IMG/VR virus record: IMGVR_UViG_3300047160_005525
Span: 1-64,000 of that record
From: a virus
Lineage: Duplodnaviria > Caudoviricetes
Length of the DNA stretch: 64,000 nt
Direction: 5' to 3' (one strand)
Shown here one piece after another: positions 8,289-17,937 of the stretch. The notes under the pieces are model-generated. The model saw only the letters and a program-made list of their open reading frames with translations. It was not told the origin of the DNA and did no database searches. Position 1 is the first letter of the stretch. Every line of letters starts with the position of its first letter. A program made the translations under genes and the position numbers.

Positions 8289-10967
8289 ATGCCATTACCC
8301 AAACCGCGTAAAGGGCAGAGTCAATCAGACTTCATGGCCGCCTGCATGCACGAAGCCTTTGGTTCTGACGCGCCGAAGGATCGTACACAACAGCAAGCGA
8401 TTGCAATGTGTATGGGGGCTTGGCGCGAAGCGCATCCATCGGCACCTCCGCCACCGAAGAAAGCCGATGACGACAAAGGCAAAGCCAAGAAACCTTACGG
8501 CGAGGTCGAGTACGCAGACCCTGGATATCAAGAGGACAAAAAGAAAAGATATCCGATCGACACCGAAGCTCACATCAGGGCCGCCTGGAACTATATTAAT
8601 AAGCCGAAGAATGCCGCGAAGTATTCGAGCGAAAATCTGGCAAAGGTTAAAGCCAAAATCGTTGCCGCTTGGAAGAAGGTGATCGACAAAGAGGGGCCGC
8701 CATCGGCTGCGGATAACAAGAAGCAGCAAATCGAACGCGTCATCAGGCGCTGGCATGACAAGTTCGGCCGTGATCCATCGGTGGCAATACTCGCACGTTT
8801 CAGTGCTGACGACATCCCTGAGCCGGATGACGATGAGAGCAAGTCGGATTTTCTTGACCGCTGCCAAGATGAAATCGGCGATGGTGACGATGACGACGAT
8901 GCCGAAGAAGCTTGCGAGCAGGCTTGGGAAGATGCGCAGGATGGCGATGACGAGGACGAAGAGCGGCGCGCGCCCGAGCTTGTACACAAGGCGCACAGCG
9001 GCGAGGTGGATGGCGTCGAGTTTGTGCTCTCGGACGACAGCATAGATCGCATGGGCGATGTAATTGTGAGTGAAGGATGGGACCTAGCTTCGTTCAAGCG
9101 CAATCCCGTCTGTCTCTTCAACCACTCTGCGATGCTGCCGATAGGTAAATGGGAAAATCTTCGCGTCGAAAAGGGTGAGTTGCGCGGTCATCTCCAACTT
9201 GCGCCCGAGGGTACGTCGCCGCGGATCGATGAAATTCGCAGGTTAGTCGATGCCGGCATTCTTCGTGCCGTCAGCGTTGGCTTCCGTCCGCTCGAAAGCG
9301 GTCCGCGACACGAAAACGGAAAAACGCTGGGAATGGTTTTTACGAAATCGGAACTGGTCGAGACATCTCTCGTATCGGTTCCGGCGAATCGCAATGCTCT
9401 CGCGGTTGCGAAGTCATTGCGTATTTCTCCTGCAACGCAGGACCTCGTCTTCGGCGGGAAAGCCTACAAAGACGAGACCACCGTGCGGCGCGGGCTAACT
9501 GGCGGGCATGCCAAAACTGCTCGAAGCGATGGAGGCGGCGTCATGTCGCTCACCCAACGAATCTCCGACTTGCAGACCTTGATGGTCGACAAGCGGGACG
9601 AACTGGAGTCGCACCTGGAAAAACAGGACGACTCGAATATCAGTGATAGTGATCTTGAGAAGACCCAAACGCTCAACGCCGAGATCGCGCAGCTGGAGAA
9701 GCAACACGCTGCGCTGGTCGAGGCGGAGAAGCGGTTGGCGAAGACGGCCGATGGCGGCGGCAATAGTGGTAGTCGCAGCCGGGCGCTGGCGACGACGGCG
9801 TTCACGCAGCCGAAGAACGACGGCGGTGTGACTGCTCCGCTCATCATTCCGAACGCGCGCAAGAAGGACCTCGATCCGATCGATCTGCTCGTGCGAGCGG
9901 GTACGATCAGCTACGTGTCGAAAGTCTGGAATCAGACCACGGAGAATACGCGGCTGAAGATCTATGGCGATGACGAGGGCACAAAGATCGTGTCCGACAT
10001 CATCTTACGCGCGCCATCGGCACCAGCAATGACGAACGTAGTTTCCTGGGCACAGGAACTCGTACAAGTTGTATATTCTGATCTGCTCAACCTGCTGTTA
10101 GCCAAGAGTATCTACACCAGACTTGCAGCGAAGGGGCTTTCGTTGAGCTTCGGCCGTGCGGGCAAGATCAACATTCCTGCTCGCTCGCGTACGCCGACTA
10201 TAGCTGGGAGCTTTGTGGGTGAGGGGCAGGCCATTCCAGTTCGAATGGGCGCTTTTACAACGCAGACTCTCGTTCCGAAGAAAATGGCCGTCATCAGCGT
10301 GTGGTCTCGTGAGATGGACGAGCATAGCATTCCTGCGATTGAAGGCGTGCTACGCGAAGCAGTGCAAGAAGATACCAGCGTCGCGCTCGACAGTGTACTC
10401 ATTGATACGAATGCGGCGACTGCGATCCGGCCGCCTGGTCTGCTCAATGGCGTAACGGCTACAACTGCGACGGCGGGCGGTGGCCTCGACGCGTTGATCG
10501 GTGACATCAAGGCGCTGGTCGGTGCGTTGTCGACGAATACCTATGGCAATGTTCGCAGTCCGGTATGGATCGCAAATCAAGTCGACATGCTGTCGGCTGG
10601 GTTGGCCATGGCGGCGAATACCGGTATCTTCCCGTTCCGTGACGAAGTTGCGGCCGGGCGGCTGGCGAATATACCTATTATCGACAGCGCGACGGTTCCG
10701 GCTAAAACCCTTATCTTGGTTGACGCTGCGGACTTTGTCGCGGTGGGCGGGGAAGCTCCCCGATTCGAGTTAAGCGATCAAGCGACTCTTCATATGGACG
10801 ATTCCGCGCCTGCAGAACTTGTTGGCACGGGCAGTCCTGGAGCGGTTGCTTCACCGCAGCGCTCGCTCTGGCAAACCGACTCGATCGCGCTTCGGATGAT
10901 CATGCCAATGAATTGGTGGCAGCGCCGTCCGGGTACGATTGCCTACACGACCGGAATCACCTGGTAA
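8289..10967 (+). CDS. HK97-type prohead protease - major capsid fusion with N-terminal accessory domains (DUF6582-like)
   Basis: Protease motifs DRMGDVI, LFNHS, LRAVSVGFRP, ELVETSLVSVPAN; C-terminal HK97 capsid; YADPGYQEDKKKRYPIDTEAHIRAAWNYIN recalled as DUF6582-like. Confidence 0.92.
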   Translation: MPLPKPRKGQSQSDFMAACMHEAFGSDAPKDRTQQQAIAMCMGAWREAHPSAPPPPKKADDDKGKAKKPYGEVEYADPGYQEDKKKRYPIDTEAHIRAAWNYINKPKNAAKYSSENLAKVKAKIVAAWKKVIDKEGPPSAADNKKQQIERVIRRWHDKFGRDPSVAILARFSADDIPEPDDDESKSDFLDRCQDEIGDGDDDDDAEEACEQAWEDAQDGDDEDEERRAPELVHKAHSGEVDGVEFVLSDDSIDRMGDVIVSEGWDLASFKRNPVCLFNHSAMLPIGKWENLRVEKGELRGHLQLAPEGTSPRIDEIRRLVDAGILRAVSVGFRPLESGPRHENGKTLGMVFTKSELVETSLVSVPANRNALAVAKSLRISPATQDLVFGGKAYKDETTVRRGLTGGHAKTARSDGGGVMSLTQRISDLQTLMVDKRDELESHLEKQDDSNISDSDLEKTQTLNAEIAQLEKQHAALVEAEKRLAKTADGGGNSGSRSRALATTAFTQPKNDGGVTAPLIIPNARKKDLDPIDLLVRAGTISYVSKVWNQTTENTRLKIYGDDEGTKIVSDIILRAPSAPAMTNVVSWAQELVQVVYSDLLNLLLAKSIYTRLAAKGLSLSFGRAGKINIPARSRTPTIAGSFVGEGQAIPVRMGAFTTQTLVPKKMAVISVWSREMDEHSIPAIEGVLREAVQEDTSVALDSVLIDTNAATAIRPPGLLNGVTATTATAGGGLDALIGDIKALVGALSTNTYGNVRSPVWIANQVDMLSAGLAMAANTGIFPFRDEVAAGRLANIPIIDSATVPAKTLILVDAADFVAVGGEAPRFELSDQATLHMDDSAPAELVGTGSPGAVASPQRSLWQTDSIALRMIMPMNWWQRRPGTIAYTTGITW

Positions 10968-11031
10968 TCTTACGAACTGAGTGTGGGCGATTCACTTCGC
11001 CCACGTTGCTTCTCACCACAGGAGGAAAGCC

Positions 11032-11229
11032 ATGTCGACTCCTACGCCTACACAAGCAGAATGCGACGCCGCCGCACTTGGCCAGAATACTCTCACACAC
11101 GATGACGACGGCAGCGGGCCGGACCCATATGCCGTGAAGACATCAGAGGCGAAGAAGCCAACGGCGACTGGTGCCTACCAGACGCGGCAGGCAACACCAG
11201 CGCGTTCGACCACACATAGCGCAAGCTAA
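11032..11229 (+). CDS. small hypothetical head protein
   Basis: AGGAGG RBS; follows the capsid gene. Confidence 0.65.
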   Translation: MSTPTPTQAECDAAALGQNTLTHDDDGSGPDPYAVKTSEAKKPTATGAYQTRQATPARSTTHSAS

Positions 11230-11244
11230 ATCCTCCCGGAACCT

Positions 11245-11303
11245 CGGAGTCTCTGTTCGCTCCCGTCAGTGCCCAAACACCGGCCAGAGGCTCCGCTTTT
11301 TTT
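11245..11303 (+). terminator. intrinsic terminator after capsid operon
   Basis: CGGAGTCTCTG/CAGAGGCTCCG stem followed by T7; the loop is long. Confidence 0.5.
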
Positions 11304-11324
11304 CCTGTTTAGAAGTTATGACGA

Positions 11325-12773
11325 ATGGCAGCACGCGCGCTTTTGGCTCGTGGTTTGCGAACGGTCGCCCGTGCGATTGAAGGACAGTATCGACCAGGAC
11401 CCTATAATCTTCCGATAACCGGCGGCTGGTTGCCCGATGGGGCGCCGATCAATTGGTGGCAAACGGGCATGATCCCGGTCACTGGTTATCGTAATGCCAT
11501 GGTCGAAGCATGCGTTTCCGCATATTCGCAAACAACTGCAATGCTCCCCGGCGATCACTGGAGAACGAACACTAAGGGCGGGCGCGAGCGGGTCAAGAAC
11601 AGTGCGTTGTCACGCATACTGCGCCATCCGAATGCATACCAGAGCATCTCCGATTTCATGCTCAACGCGACACGGCAACTTTATTTGGACGGCAATGCTT
11701 ATGCACTCGCGCTGCGCAACGATAGGTTCGAGGTTACTGAACTTCATCTGATGGACAGCCGGGTTTCCCGCCCGGAGCTTGCTGTCGACGGTTCGGTTTT
11801 TTACCAACTCGCTGGCAACATGGTGATCCAGCAGCAGGTCGGAGACAGTGCTCGGTTGATGGTGCCACAGCGTGACGTGCTGCATATTCGATTGCATGCA
11901 GATCGGCGCTGGCCTTATCCGATCTTCGGCGAGTCACCGTTGCTCGCGGCGTTGGGCGACATCGAGACAGGCTCGGCGATCACCGATCAGCAAATCCAAT
12001 TCTATCGCAATCAGGCGCGACCGAGCGCGGTGCTGTCGACCGACTTGCAACTCGACAAAGATCAAGTGCAGTTTCTACGTGACCGCTGGGACGAGCAGGC
12101 GCGCGGGCTTAATCAAGGTAAGACGCCGATCTTGACTGCGGGCTTGAAGGTGCAGCCATGGACGGTGGGCGGGCGCGACGCGCAGATCGCGGAGATGCTG
12201 AAGATCAGCGAATCGCACATTGCGCTGGTGTATCGCATTCCATTGCCTTTGCTTGGATTGACAAGCGGATCAGCCGGCGGCACGGAAGCACTCATACAAT
12301 TATGGCTGGCCTCAGGGCTCGGTTTTTGTCTCAATCATATCGAGGAATCTTTTGGCTTACTCTTTCAGCTTAAAGGTCAGCCCGATGAGTATTGCGAGTT
12401 TGATACGTCTGCCCTTTTACGCTCGCTGTTCAAAGATAGGATTGAAGGCTTAACCCGCGCAGTACAAGGCGGTGTTTATAGTCCTAATGAAGCCAGGGCG
12501 GAAGAAGGTTTAGAGAAAACACCCTATGGCGACGAGCCGCGTGTTCAGCAACAGGTCGTGCCACTTTCTGCCGCCGCAGGAATCCCGCACGCGCCGGGGC
12601 CGCACGCACCGCCGAGCGCGGCTGGACAACCGGCACCAGGTGCTCCGCAGCCAAAGCCGCCGACAGCGGAAACGCCAACAGCGGTAAAGGATCATCGCGA
12701 TGACATACGACGAGAAGCACAACGGCTCCACGCCGTCGTCAGTCGGATCGGAAGAAACCGATCTGTTAACTGA
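11325..12773 (+). CDS. HK97-family portal protein
   Basis: LRHPNAYQSISDF, LYLDGNAYA, VLHIRL, FYRNQARPSAVL, GVYSPNEARAEEGL. Confidence 0.93.
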   Translation: MAARALLARGLRTVARAIEGQYRPGPYNLPITGGWLPDGAPINWWQTGMIPVTGYRNAMVEACVSAYSQTTAMLPGDHWRTNTKGGRERVKNSALSRILRHPNAYQSISDFMLNATRQLYLDGNAYALALRNDRFEVTELHLMDSRVSRPELAVDGSVFYQLAGNMVIQQQVGDSARLMVPQRDVLHIRLHADRRWPYPIFGESPLLAALGDIETGSAITDQQIQFYRNQARPSAVLSTDLQLDKDQVQFLRDRWDEQARGLNQGKTPILTAGLKVQPWTVGGRDAQIAEMLKISESHIALVYRIPLPLLGLTSGSAGGTEALIQLWLASGLGFCLNHIEESFGLLFQLKGQPDEYCEFDTSALLRSLFKDRIEGLTRAVQGGVYSPNEARAEEGLEKTPYGDEPRVQQQVVPLSAAAGIPHAPGPHAPPSAAGQPAPGAPQPKPPTAETPTAVKDHRDDIRREAQRLHAVVSRIGRNRSVN

Positions 12774-14445
12774 AGTTACGCGCGAGGTTCTTGGCGAAGT
12801 CATTGTACAAGAGCGCGAGAAAGCGCAGCGCGACTGGCAACGCGACCGCGAATTGATAACAGCGCAAGCTGAGGAGGCAATTGCCCGTGCTGAATCCAAA
12901 GCGGAAACGGCAATCGCTCGTGCTGATGCTAGAGCAGAAACAGCCATCGCTCGCGCTGATGCCGTAGCGGAGGCGACCGCGCGTGAGGCTGCCGAGATGC
13001 GCGCGCAGATGAGCGAGATGCGCTCGGAGATCGAGCGGATGATGTCGATCCGCTTGGCCGAGCTTCGTGATGGAGCGGTCGGGCCGAAAGGAGAAAAGGG
13101 CGATCAGGGTCTGATGGGGCCGCAGGGGGAACGCGGTGTCGCTGTCATGGGCGAAACGGGGCCGCCAGGACTGAAGGGCGAGCCTGGAATCGCTGGCCGC
13201 GACGGCCGCGACGGCGCTCCGGGGCCAGCAGGGCCGCAGGGCGAACGCGGAAGCGATGGCATCAGCATTAAAGGTCCGATTGGTCCCGAGGGTCCTCCAG
13301 GGCGCGACGGTGCTCAAGGCCCTCCTGGAGAGAGCATCGTAGGTCCGCAAGGTGAGCGGGGATTACCAGGTGAAGCGATTGTTGGGCCGCAGGGTGAACC
13401 GGGTTTGAAGGGTGATAAGGGCGACGTAGGCGAGCGCGGTTTGCCTGGAGAAGCGATTGTAGGGCCGCAAGGTGAGCAAGGCGTTGCTGGCGTACAGGGT
13501 GAACGCGGTGAAGCAGGAGAGAAAGGCGATGTCGGCGAGCGAGGTATCCAAGGCGAAGCCGGGCCGTCCGGCTCGGCCGGTCCAAAGGGCGATCCAGGAG
13601 AGCGCGGCGAGCAAGGCCCGCAAGGTGAGGTCGGACCCATTGGTGCCAAAGGCGACGTCGGAGAAAAAGGCAATGCCGGTGATCCCGGTGTGCCAGGAAT
13701 ACGAGGAGAAAAAGGAGAAAGAGGCGAGCGAGGACTGGACGGAGCAATTGGCTCTCAGGGTGTGCCTGGAAGCGTGGGAGAACGCGGAGAAAAAGGGATT
13801 GACGGCGCCCGCGGCGAAAGGGGCGAGCGCGGCGAGCAGGGAGCGCGCGGCGAGAAAGGCGATCAGGGCATTCCTGGTGGAGTTGGACCTGCTGGTCAAC
13901 GAGGTGAACGCGGCGAGCGCGGCGAGCAAGGTTCGCCTGGTAAATTGACGATCTGCAAAGTCTGGCAGAAGGACGAGATCGTCTACGAATCTCAATTGCG
14001 CACGCACGAAGGTTCGTTATGGCAGGCGCTGAAAGATACAGCGCAGCTTCCCGGTCACGCTGATTGGATTTGTCTCGCCACGGCTGGCATCGATGGCGCT
14101 GGCATCAACCCGTGCGGGCTCTATCAGGAAAATCATGTGTACCGTCGTCTCGACTTGGTCACTGTCAACGGGTCAACCTTCGTTGCTAAGCGCGATGCTC
14201 CTGGCATATGCCCCGGCGAGCATTGGCAGCTTACTGCTAGCCAAGGCAAACGTGGTATTGCCGGCGAAAAGGGCGAGCGTGGTCCGATTGGGCCAAAGGG
14301 TGAAGCCGGTCAAGCCGCTCCGCGCATTACAGGCTTCCGTCTTGATCCGAAAAATTATCGTGCCGTTGCACGAATGTCTGATGGCTCAGAACTGCCGCTA
14401 GAACTGCGCGAACTATTCGAGCAGTTCAATGATGAGACTCGATGA
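12700..14445 (+). CDS. collagen-like head-associated protein
   Basis: N-terminal coiled coil, long Gly-X-Y tract, C-terminal W-rich modules (VWQKDEIVY...GSLWQALKDT). Confidence 0.85.
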   Translation: MTYDEKHNGSTPSSVGSEETDLLTEVTREVLGEVIVQEREKAQRDWQRDRELITAQAEEAIARAESKAETAIARADARAETAIARADAVAEATAREAAEMRAQMSEMRSEIERMMSIRLAELRDGAVGPKGEKGDQGLMGPQGERGVAVMGETGPPGLKGEPGIAGRDGRDGAPGPAGPQGERGSDGISIKGPIGPEGPPGRDGAQGPPGESIVGPQGERGLPGEAIVGPQGEPGLKGDKGDVGERGLPGEAIVGPQGEQGVAGVQGERGEAGEKGDVGERGIQGEAGPSGSAGPKGDPGERGEQGPQGEVGPIGAKGDVGEKGNAGDPGVPGIRGEKGERGERGLDGAIGSQGVPGSVGERGEKGIDGARGERGERGEQGARGEKGDQGIPGGVGPAGQRGERGERGEQGSPGKLTICKVWQKDEIVYESQLRTHEGSLWQALKDTAQLPGHADWICLATAGIDGAGINPCGLYQENHVYRRLDLVTVNGSTFVAKRDAPGICPGEHWQLTASQGKRGIAGEKGERGPIGPKGEAGQAAPRITGFRLDPKNYRAVARMSDGSELPLELRELFEQFNDETR

Positions 14446-14447
14446 AA

Positions 14448-14571
14448 GAGGGCCGACTCTTCGGATGAAAAGTCAGCCCTCACCTCGCCATGCCTTGCCT
14501 AGCCTCGCCGTGCCTCGCCCTGCCTGGCCAAGCCTGGCCTCGCCAAGACCATGTTAGTCTAGCATTTTCAC
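14448..14571 (-). ncRNA. GGY/NN pentamer-array cassette B (13 units)
   Basis: Hairpin 14448-14481; RCC-NN units 14482-14546; GTGAAA-N4-TAGACT on - strand at 14556-14571; NN code matches 14416-14445. Confidence 0.8.
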
Positions 14572-14590
14572 TTGTTAAAGGAAGCTTCTC

Positions 14591-15241
14591 GTGGCCGATA
14601 TGAGTGTCACAAATACTGTTGTCGCGGCGACAATGCACGATTTGGTGACGCTGGCTGAAGCTAAGCAATATCTTGGGATGAATCTGACTGATACGACTGA
14701 GGACGCTCAGCTTCAGCTTTTTATCACTACAAATTCTCACATCATTGCTCGTGAGTGCGATCGCATTTTTGCGAAAGAGACGATCGAGGAAACATGGCGC
14801 GAGGTTTACGACGGCCGCGTGTTTTTGATGCATTGGCCGGTAGTCAAGACAGATATCACAAGCGTCGTCGCCGCTGGCACTGGTGTAACGATCGATGAAT
14901 ACGAATTAGAGGAATCTTCAGGCAAGCTTTCATACGTGAAGGTGAACGATCCGGCATCAGCGCCATGGCCGCAAAGCGTGATCATCAATTACACCGGCGG
15001 CTACAATCTTCCAGACGAAGCGCCGTATCCGCTGAAGCATGCTTGCATCTTGATGGTCCGCGAAGATCAGATACGGCAGCGACAAGCCCAGACCGCAGGC
15101 ATTCGGCAAATCTCGCATCACGAGGCGCGTGTTTCGTTCTTCGATCCTAATGCGCTCTTGATACGAACTGCTGGCATGGGTTCGCCGGCGATGCAGACGG
15201 TCGCGAAGATTCTCTACAAGTACACGCGGAACTGGGTGTGA
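14591..15241 (+). CDS. head-tail connector (HK97 gp6-like adaptor)
   Basis: LVTLAEAKQYLG, YTGGYNLPDEAPYPLKHACILMV; position after the portal. Confidence 0.8.
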   Translation: MADMSVTNTVVAATMHDLVTLAEAKQYLGMNLTDTTEDAQLQLFITTNSHIIARECDRIFAKETIEETWREVYDGRVFLMHWPVVKTDITSVVAAGTGVTIDEYELEESSGKLSYVKVNDPASAPWPQSVIINYTGGYNLPDEAPYPLKHACILMVREDQIRQRQAQTAGIRQISHHEARVSFFDPNALLIRTAGMGSPAMQTVAKILYKYTRNWV

Positions 15242-15618
15242 TGCTTCACATCGAAATCGTCAATCTGGCGGAGGTCGAAGAGACGATCGCCAACATGAAG
15301 GACGAGATCGACAAGTTTGCGTCGACCGAGATGACGCAGGAATTTATCGATTGGCAGACTGAAGACATGAAGCGGACTTATCCCAACACGACTGATGAAG
15401 GCGCGTCGTCGATCTTTACTTTGATCTGGCCGCGCTCGCGCAAAGCGCGACCGTATAAACCGCGTGTGCGGCGAACGATGAAATCGCCGCTGCCACGGTT
15501 GGTGCGCGCGCCGGGCGAGCGGCCGATCTTGCGACCTGAATTGTTCGAGCAACTGTGTGAACGAATGCTTGCAGCTATGGCGAAAGCGCTGCAATGGCAA
15601 TCAACTTCTCAACCCTAG
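15238..15618 (+). CDS. hypothetical neck protein
   Basis: Coupled ORF in the neck cluster. Confidence 0.6.
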   Translation: MMLHIEIVNLAEVEETIANMKDEIDKFASTEMTQEFIDWQTEDMKRTYPNTTDEGASSIFTLIWPRSRKARPYKPRVRRTMKSPLPRLVRAPGERPILRPELFEQLCERMLAAMAKALQWQSTSQP

Positions 15619-15956
15619 TTTACCAACCCTGTCAGGACACGTTCGGCCGCACGGTGACAGTGACGCCTGTCGCCTCGCAGCCGGGCGGTGCTGCCTATAC
15701 CCGTCGCGGCATTTTCGGCACGCGGCCAGTCAACATCGAGACTGCTATCGGCATGGCTGTGCTTTCAGATCAGGAAACGGTCTTCTACATCCGCGAAGTC
15801 GAATACCCGACGCTGCCGCAGCAAGGTGATCTGCTGTCCATTCCAGTAGACGATGCGGGCAATCCTGCAGAGGACAATTGGATCGTCACCGATTCGTCGC
15901 GCAACGGCGGCGGTGAAACGACGCTGACGCTCCAGAAAGTCGTGCCAGCATCATGA
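15594..15956 (+). CDS. head closure/head-tail joining protein
   Basis: Size, synteny and motif TLPQQGDLLSI...WIVTDSSRNGGGETTLTL. Confidence 0.7.
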   Translation: MAINFSTLVYQPCQDTFGRTVTVTPVASQPGGAAYTRRGIFGTRPVNIETAIGMAVLSDQETVFYIREVEYPTLPQQGDLLSIPVDDAGNPAEDNWIVTDSSRNGGGETTLTLQKVVPAS

Positions 15957-16624
15957 CTGATCTCGTCTATACCGATACGCACAAGGTCCAAAGTCCTGGC
16001 TTCATTGTGCTGAATGCGATCTTTGATCGCTTGTCGACCACCTCGGTATTTTCGAATTACAGCGTTCGGCGCATCGCCAGCGCATTGCCAGTCGAAGGTA
16101 AACTGCAGATTCCATTTCTCGGTGTGTTCCGTGCCAATGAAGATTTCAACGGTCAGAGTCCAAGGCAGACGGCCATCAGTTGTGATTATACGTTCGATAT
16201 CGGAATCCAGATTATCGTTGCGAATAACGACGCGGTTGAAATGCAAGCCGAGCTTGATCGCGCGTCTTGGTTCATCATGAACCAAATTCTTCGCGACAAC
16301 ACGCTGACAAACCGGAAATATACGACGCTAAAAGACGGAACAGCTATTAACGGTTTGAAGCGTATCCGTGTCCCGCCGGATAAGTGGGGACGCTCGGGGA
16401 CGAGTAATGAAACGCCGGTTGGCATTCGCGTTGTCAACGTATCGTTTGATCTCGGCGAGGTAATTTTCTTCCCGACTGAATTTCCTGATCTCGAACGCAT
16501 CACGATAACGACATCGTGGCCGCCCGGCTCGGCACCGGAACAGCAGCAGCAAGTTCAGCAGGTCAAGATGGTCTACATGTTCGAGCCGGATTACGTGCCG
16601 CCACCGCTGCCCAATATCCCCTAG
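15953..16624 (+). CDS. putative tail terminator
   Basis: Synteny upstream of the sheath; coupled start. Confidence 0.55.
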   Translation: MTDLVYTDTHKVQSPGFIVLNAIFDRLSTTSVFSNYSVRRIASALPVEGKLQIPFLGVFRANEDFNGQSPRQTAISCDYTFDIGIQIIVANNDAVEMQAELDRASWFIMNQILRDNTLTNRKYTTLKDGTAINGLKRIRVPPDKWGRSGTSNETPVGIRVVNVSFDLGEVIFFPTEFPDLERITITTSWPPGSAPEQQQQVQQVKMVYMFEPDYVPPPLPNIP

Positions 16625-16642
16625 CAAACGAGGAGAATCGAT

Positions 16643-16960
16643 ATGCCGATCGAAGGCGAAAAGAGCCTACGCTTCAAACAGCGCCAGGAGCGCATGAGGC
16701 GCATCGCTGAGCAAAACAAGCCCAGGCGTGTGCGCGTGCTGCCGAAGAACGATGTCATTCGTCGCGACATTGTTCACCCTACGAACAAGCTCGCTTTCCC
16801 GCCGCAAGGCGGATCGGTCGAATGGCCGCTCGATCAATTCACCATGCGGCGCATCCGCGATGGCGATGTCACGGTCGAAGAAGAAAAGAAAGAAGAAAAA
16901 CCAGCGCCGGCACCAGAGCCGACACGGCGACCAAGCCGGACATACACGCCGACAAGCTAA
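16643..16960 (+). CDS. small pre-sheath protein (Mu gp38/DUF2635-like)
   Basis: GGAG RBS; WPLDQFTMRRIRDGDV motif just before the sheath. Confidence 0.6.
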   Translation: MPIEGEKSLRFKQRQERMRRIAEQNKPRRVRVLPKNDVIRRDIVHPTNKLAFPPQGGSVEWPLDQFTMRRIRDGDVTVEEEKKEEKPAPAPEPTRRPSRTYTPTS

Positions 16961-17037
16961 CAGGCACCCGCGCCTGCATTTCGAAACAGCCTAAGCGGGA
17001 CACGGCTGCTCGGCCCGTCGTGAGACGCGCCATTCCC

Positions 17038-17790
17038 CTAGATGGAGTCTCGCATGATCTGGCGCTTGCGGTCATATCGCAGTTTTGCGTTGATACGATC
17101 GCAAGCGTGGCAACGTTTCCCTGGTTCTTTTGGATGGCCTCTCACGCAAACGCTGCAAGATCGAATAGCGCGTAAATGGGCTTTGGTTTTTTCAGAATGA
17201 TGTCTTCCAAAGAAGCCATTGCGTTCGCCGTTCTGATCTTTGCCCAGTCGTGGATTGGTAATTCTCATTGGCTTGCCAAATGCATGGTGTTGCTCGCCGT
17301 GAGGCGTATTTGCGATTTGGCGAGCGCGTTGTTCCGCCGTCATTGGACCGGCGGCTTTGGTGCCAGCGCTGATTGTTGCTCTTTCTGCTTCTGTGCGCTG
17401 AGTGCCTTTAGGGACTGGATTTACGATGCCGCCACGTTCGATGATTTTGGCGCGAATCTTGTTCTTCTCTTTTTCTGACATATGCGTGCCAAATCGAAAG
17501 TTATGTACGCCATGTCGCTTTAATGAATGCGAACCACCGGCGAGAACATTCCAACCGATGAATTTGTGAGGTCGTAAAGCTTCTTCTAGAAACTCACATT
17601 CTTCAACTGATCCTTGGAAGAGAATGAGGCTTCGAAACTTTTTCGGCACTCTTCGATAAATGCCAGTCGCGTATTGATGTTGAGAAAATCGTTTTGGTGG
17701 TCGTTGAGCAGTGAATCCGATGTAGCCGTCTGTACGCGGATCAACACAAGTCTCGTCGTATAGCCAATAGACACTCGTCGTCTTATCCAT
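17038..17790 (-). mobile_element. free-standing GIY-YIG homing endonuclease with NUMOD3-like repeats
   Basis: VYWLY...GYIGFT..PPKRFSQH, GWNVLAGG, FFGRHHSEKTKAHL; antisense to the late operon. Confidence 0.8.
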
Positions 17791-17937
17791 GGAAGACCTC
17801 CTAGAAGGTTTTTCGTGGCTAGAGCCGGGGCGACGAGGGCAAACGCCGTCTCGGCTCGCTGTAACTCTAGCGTAACTGGTGATTTCACCCAAGAGCCCAG
17901 TCTGAAATCTGGCCTCACAACCTATGGAGTAACTACC

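Noticed and set aside
12766-14007. Long antisense ORFs over the collagen, tape-measure and fibre genes
   Set aside because: Shadow frames of GC-rich repetitive coding sequence.
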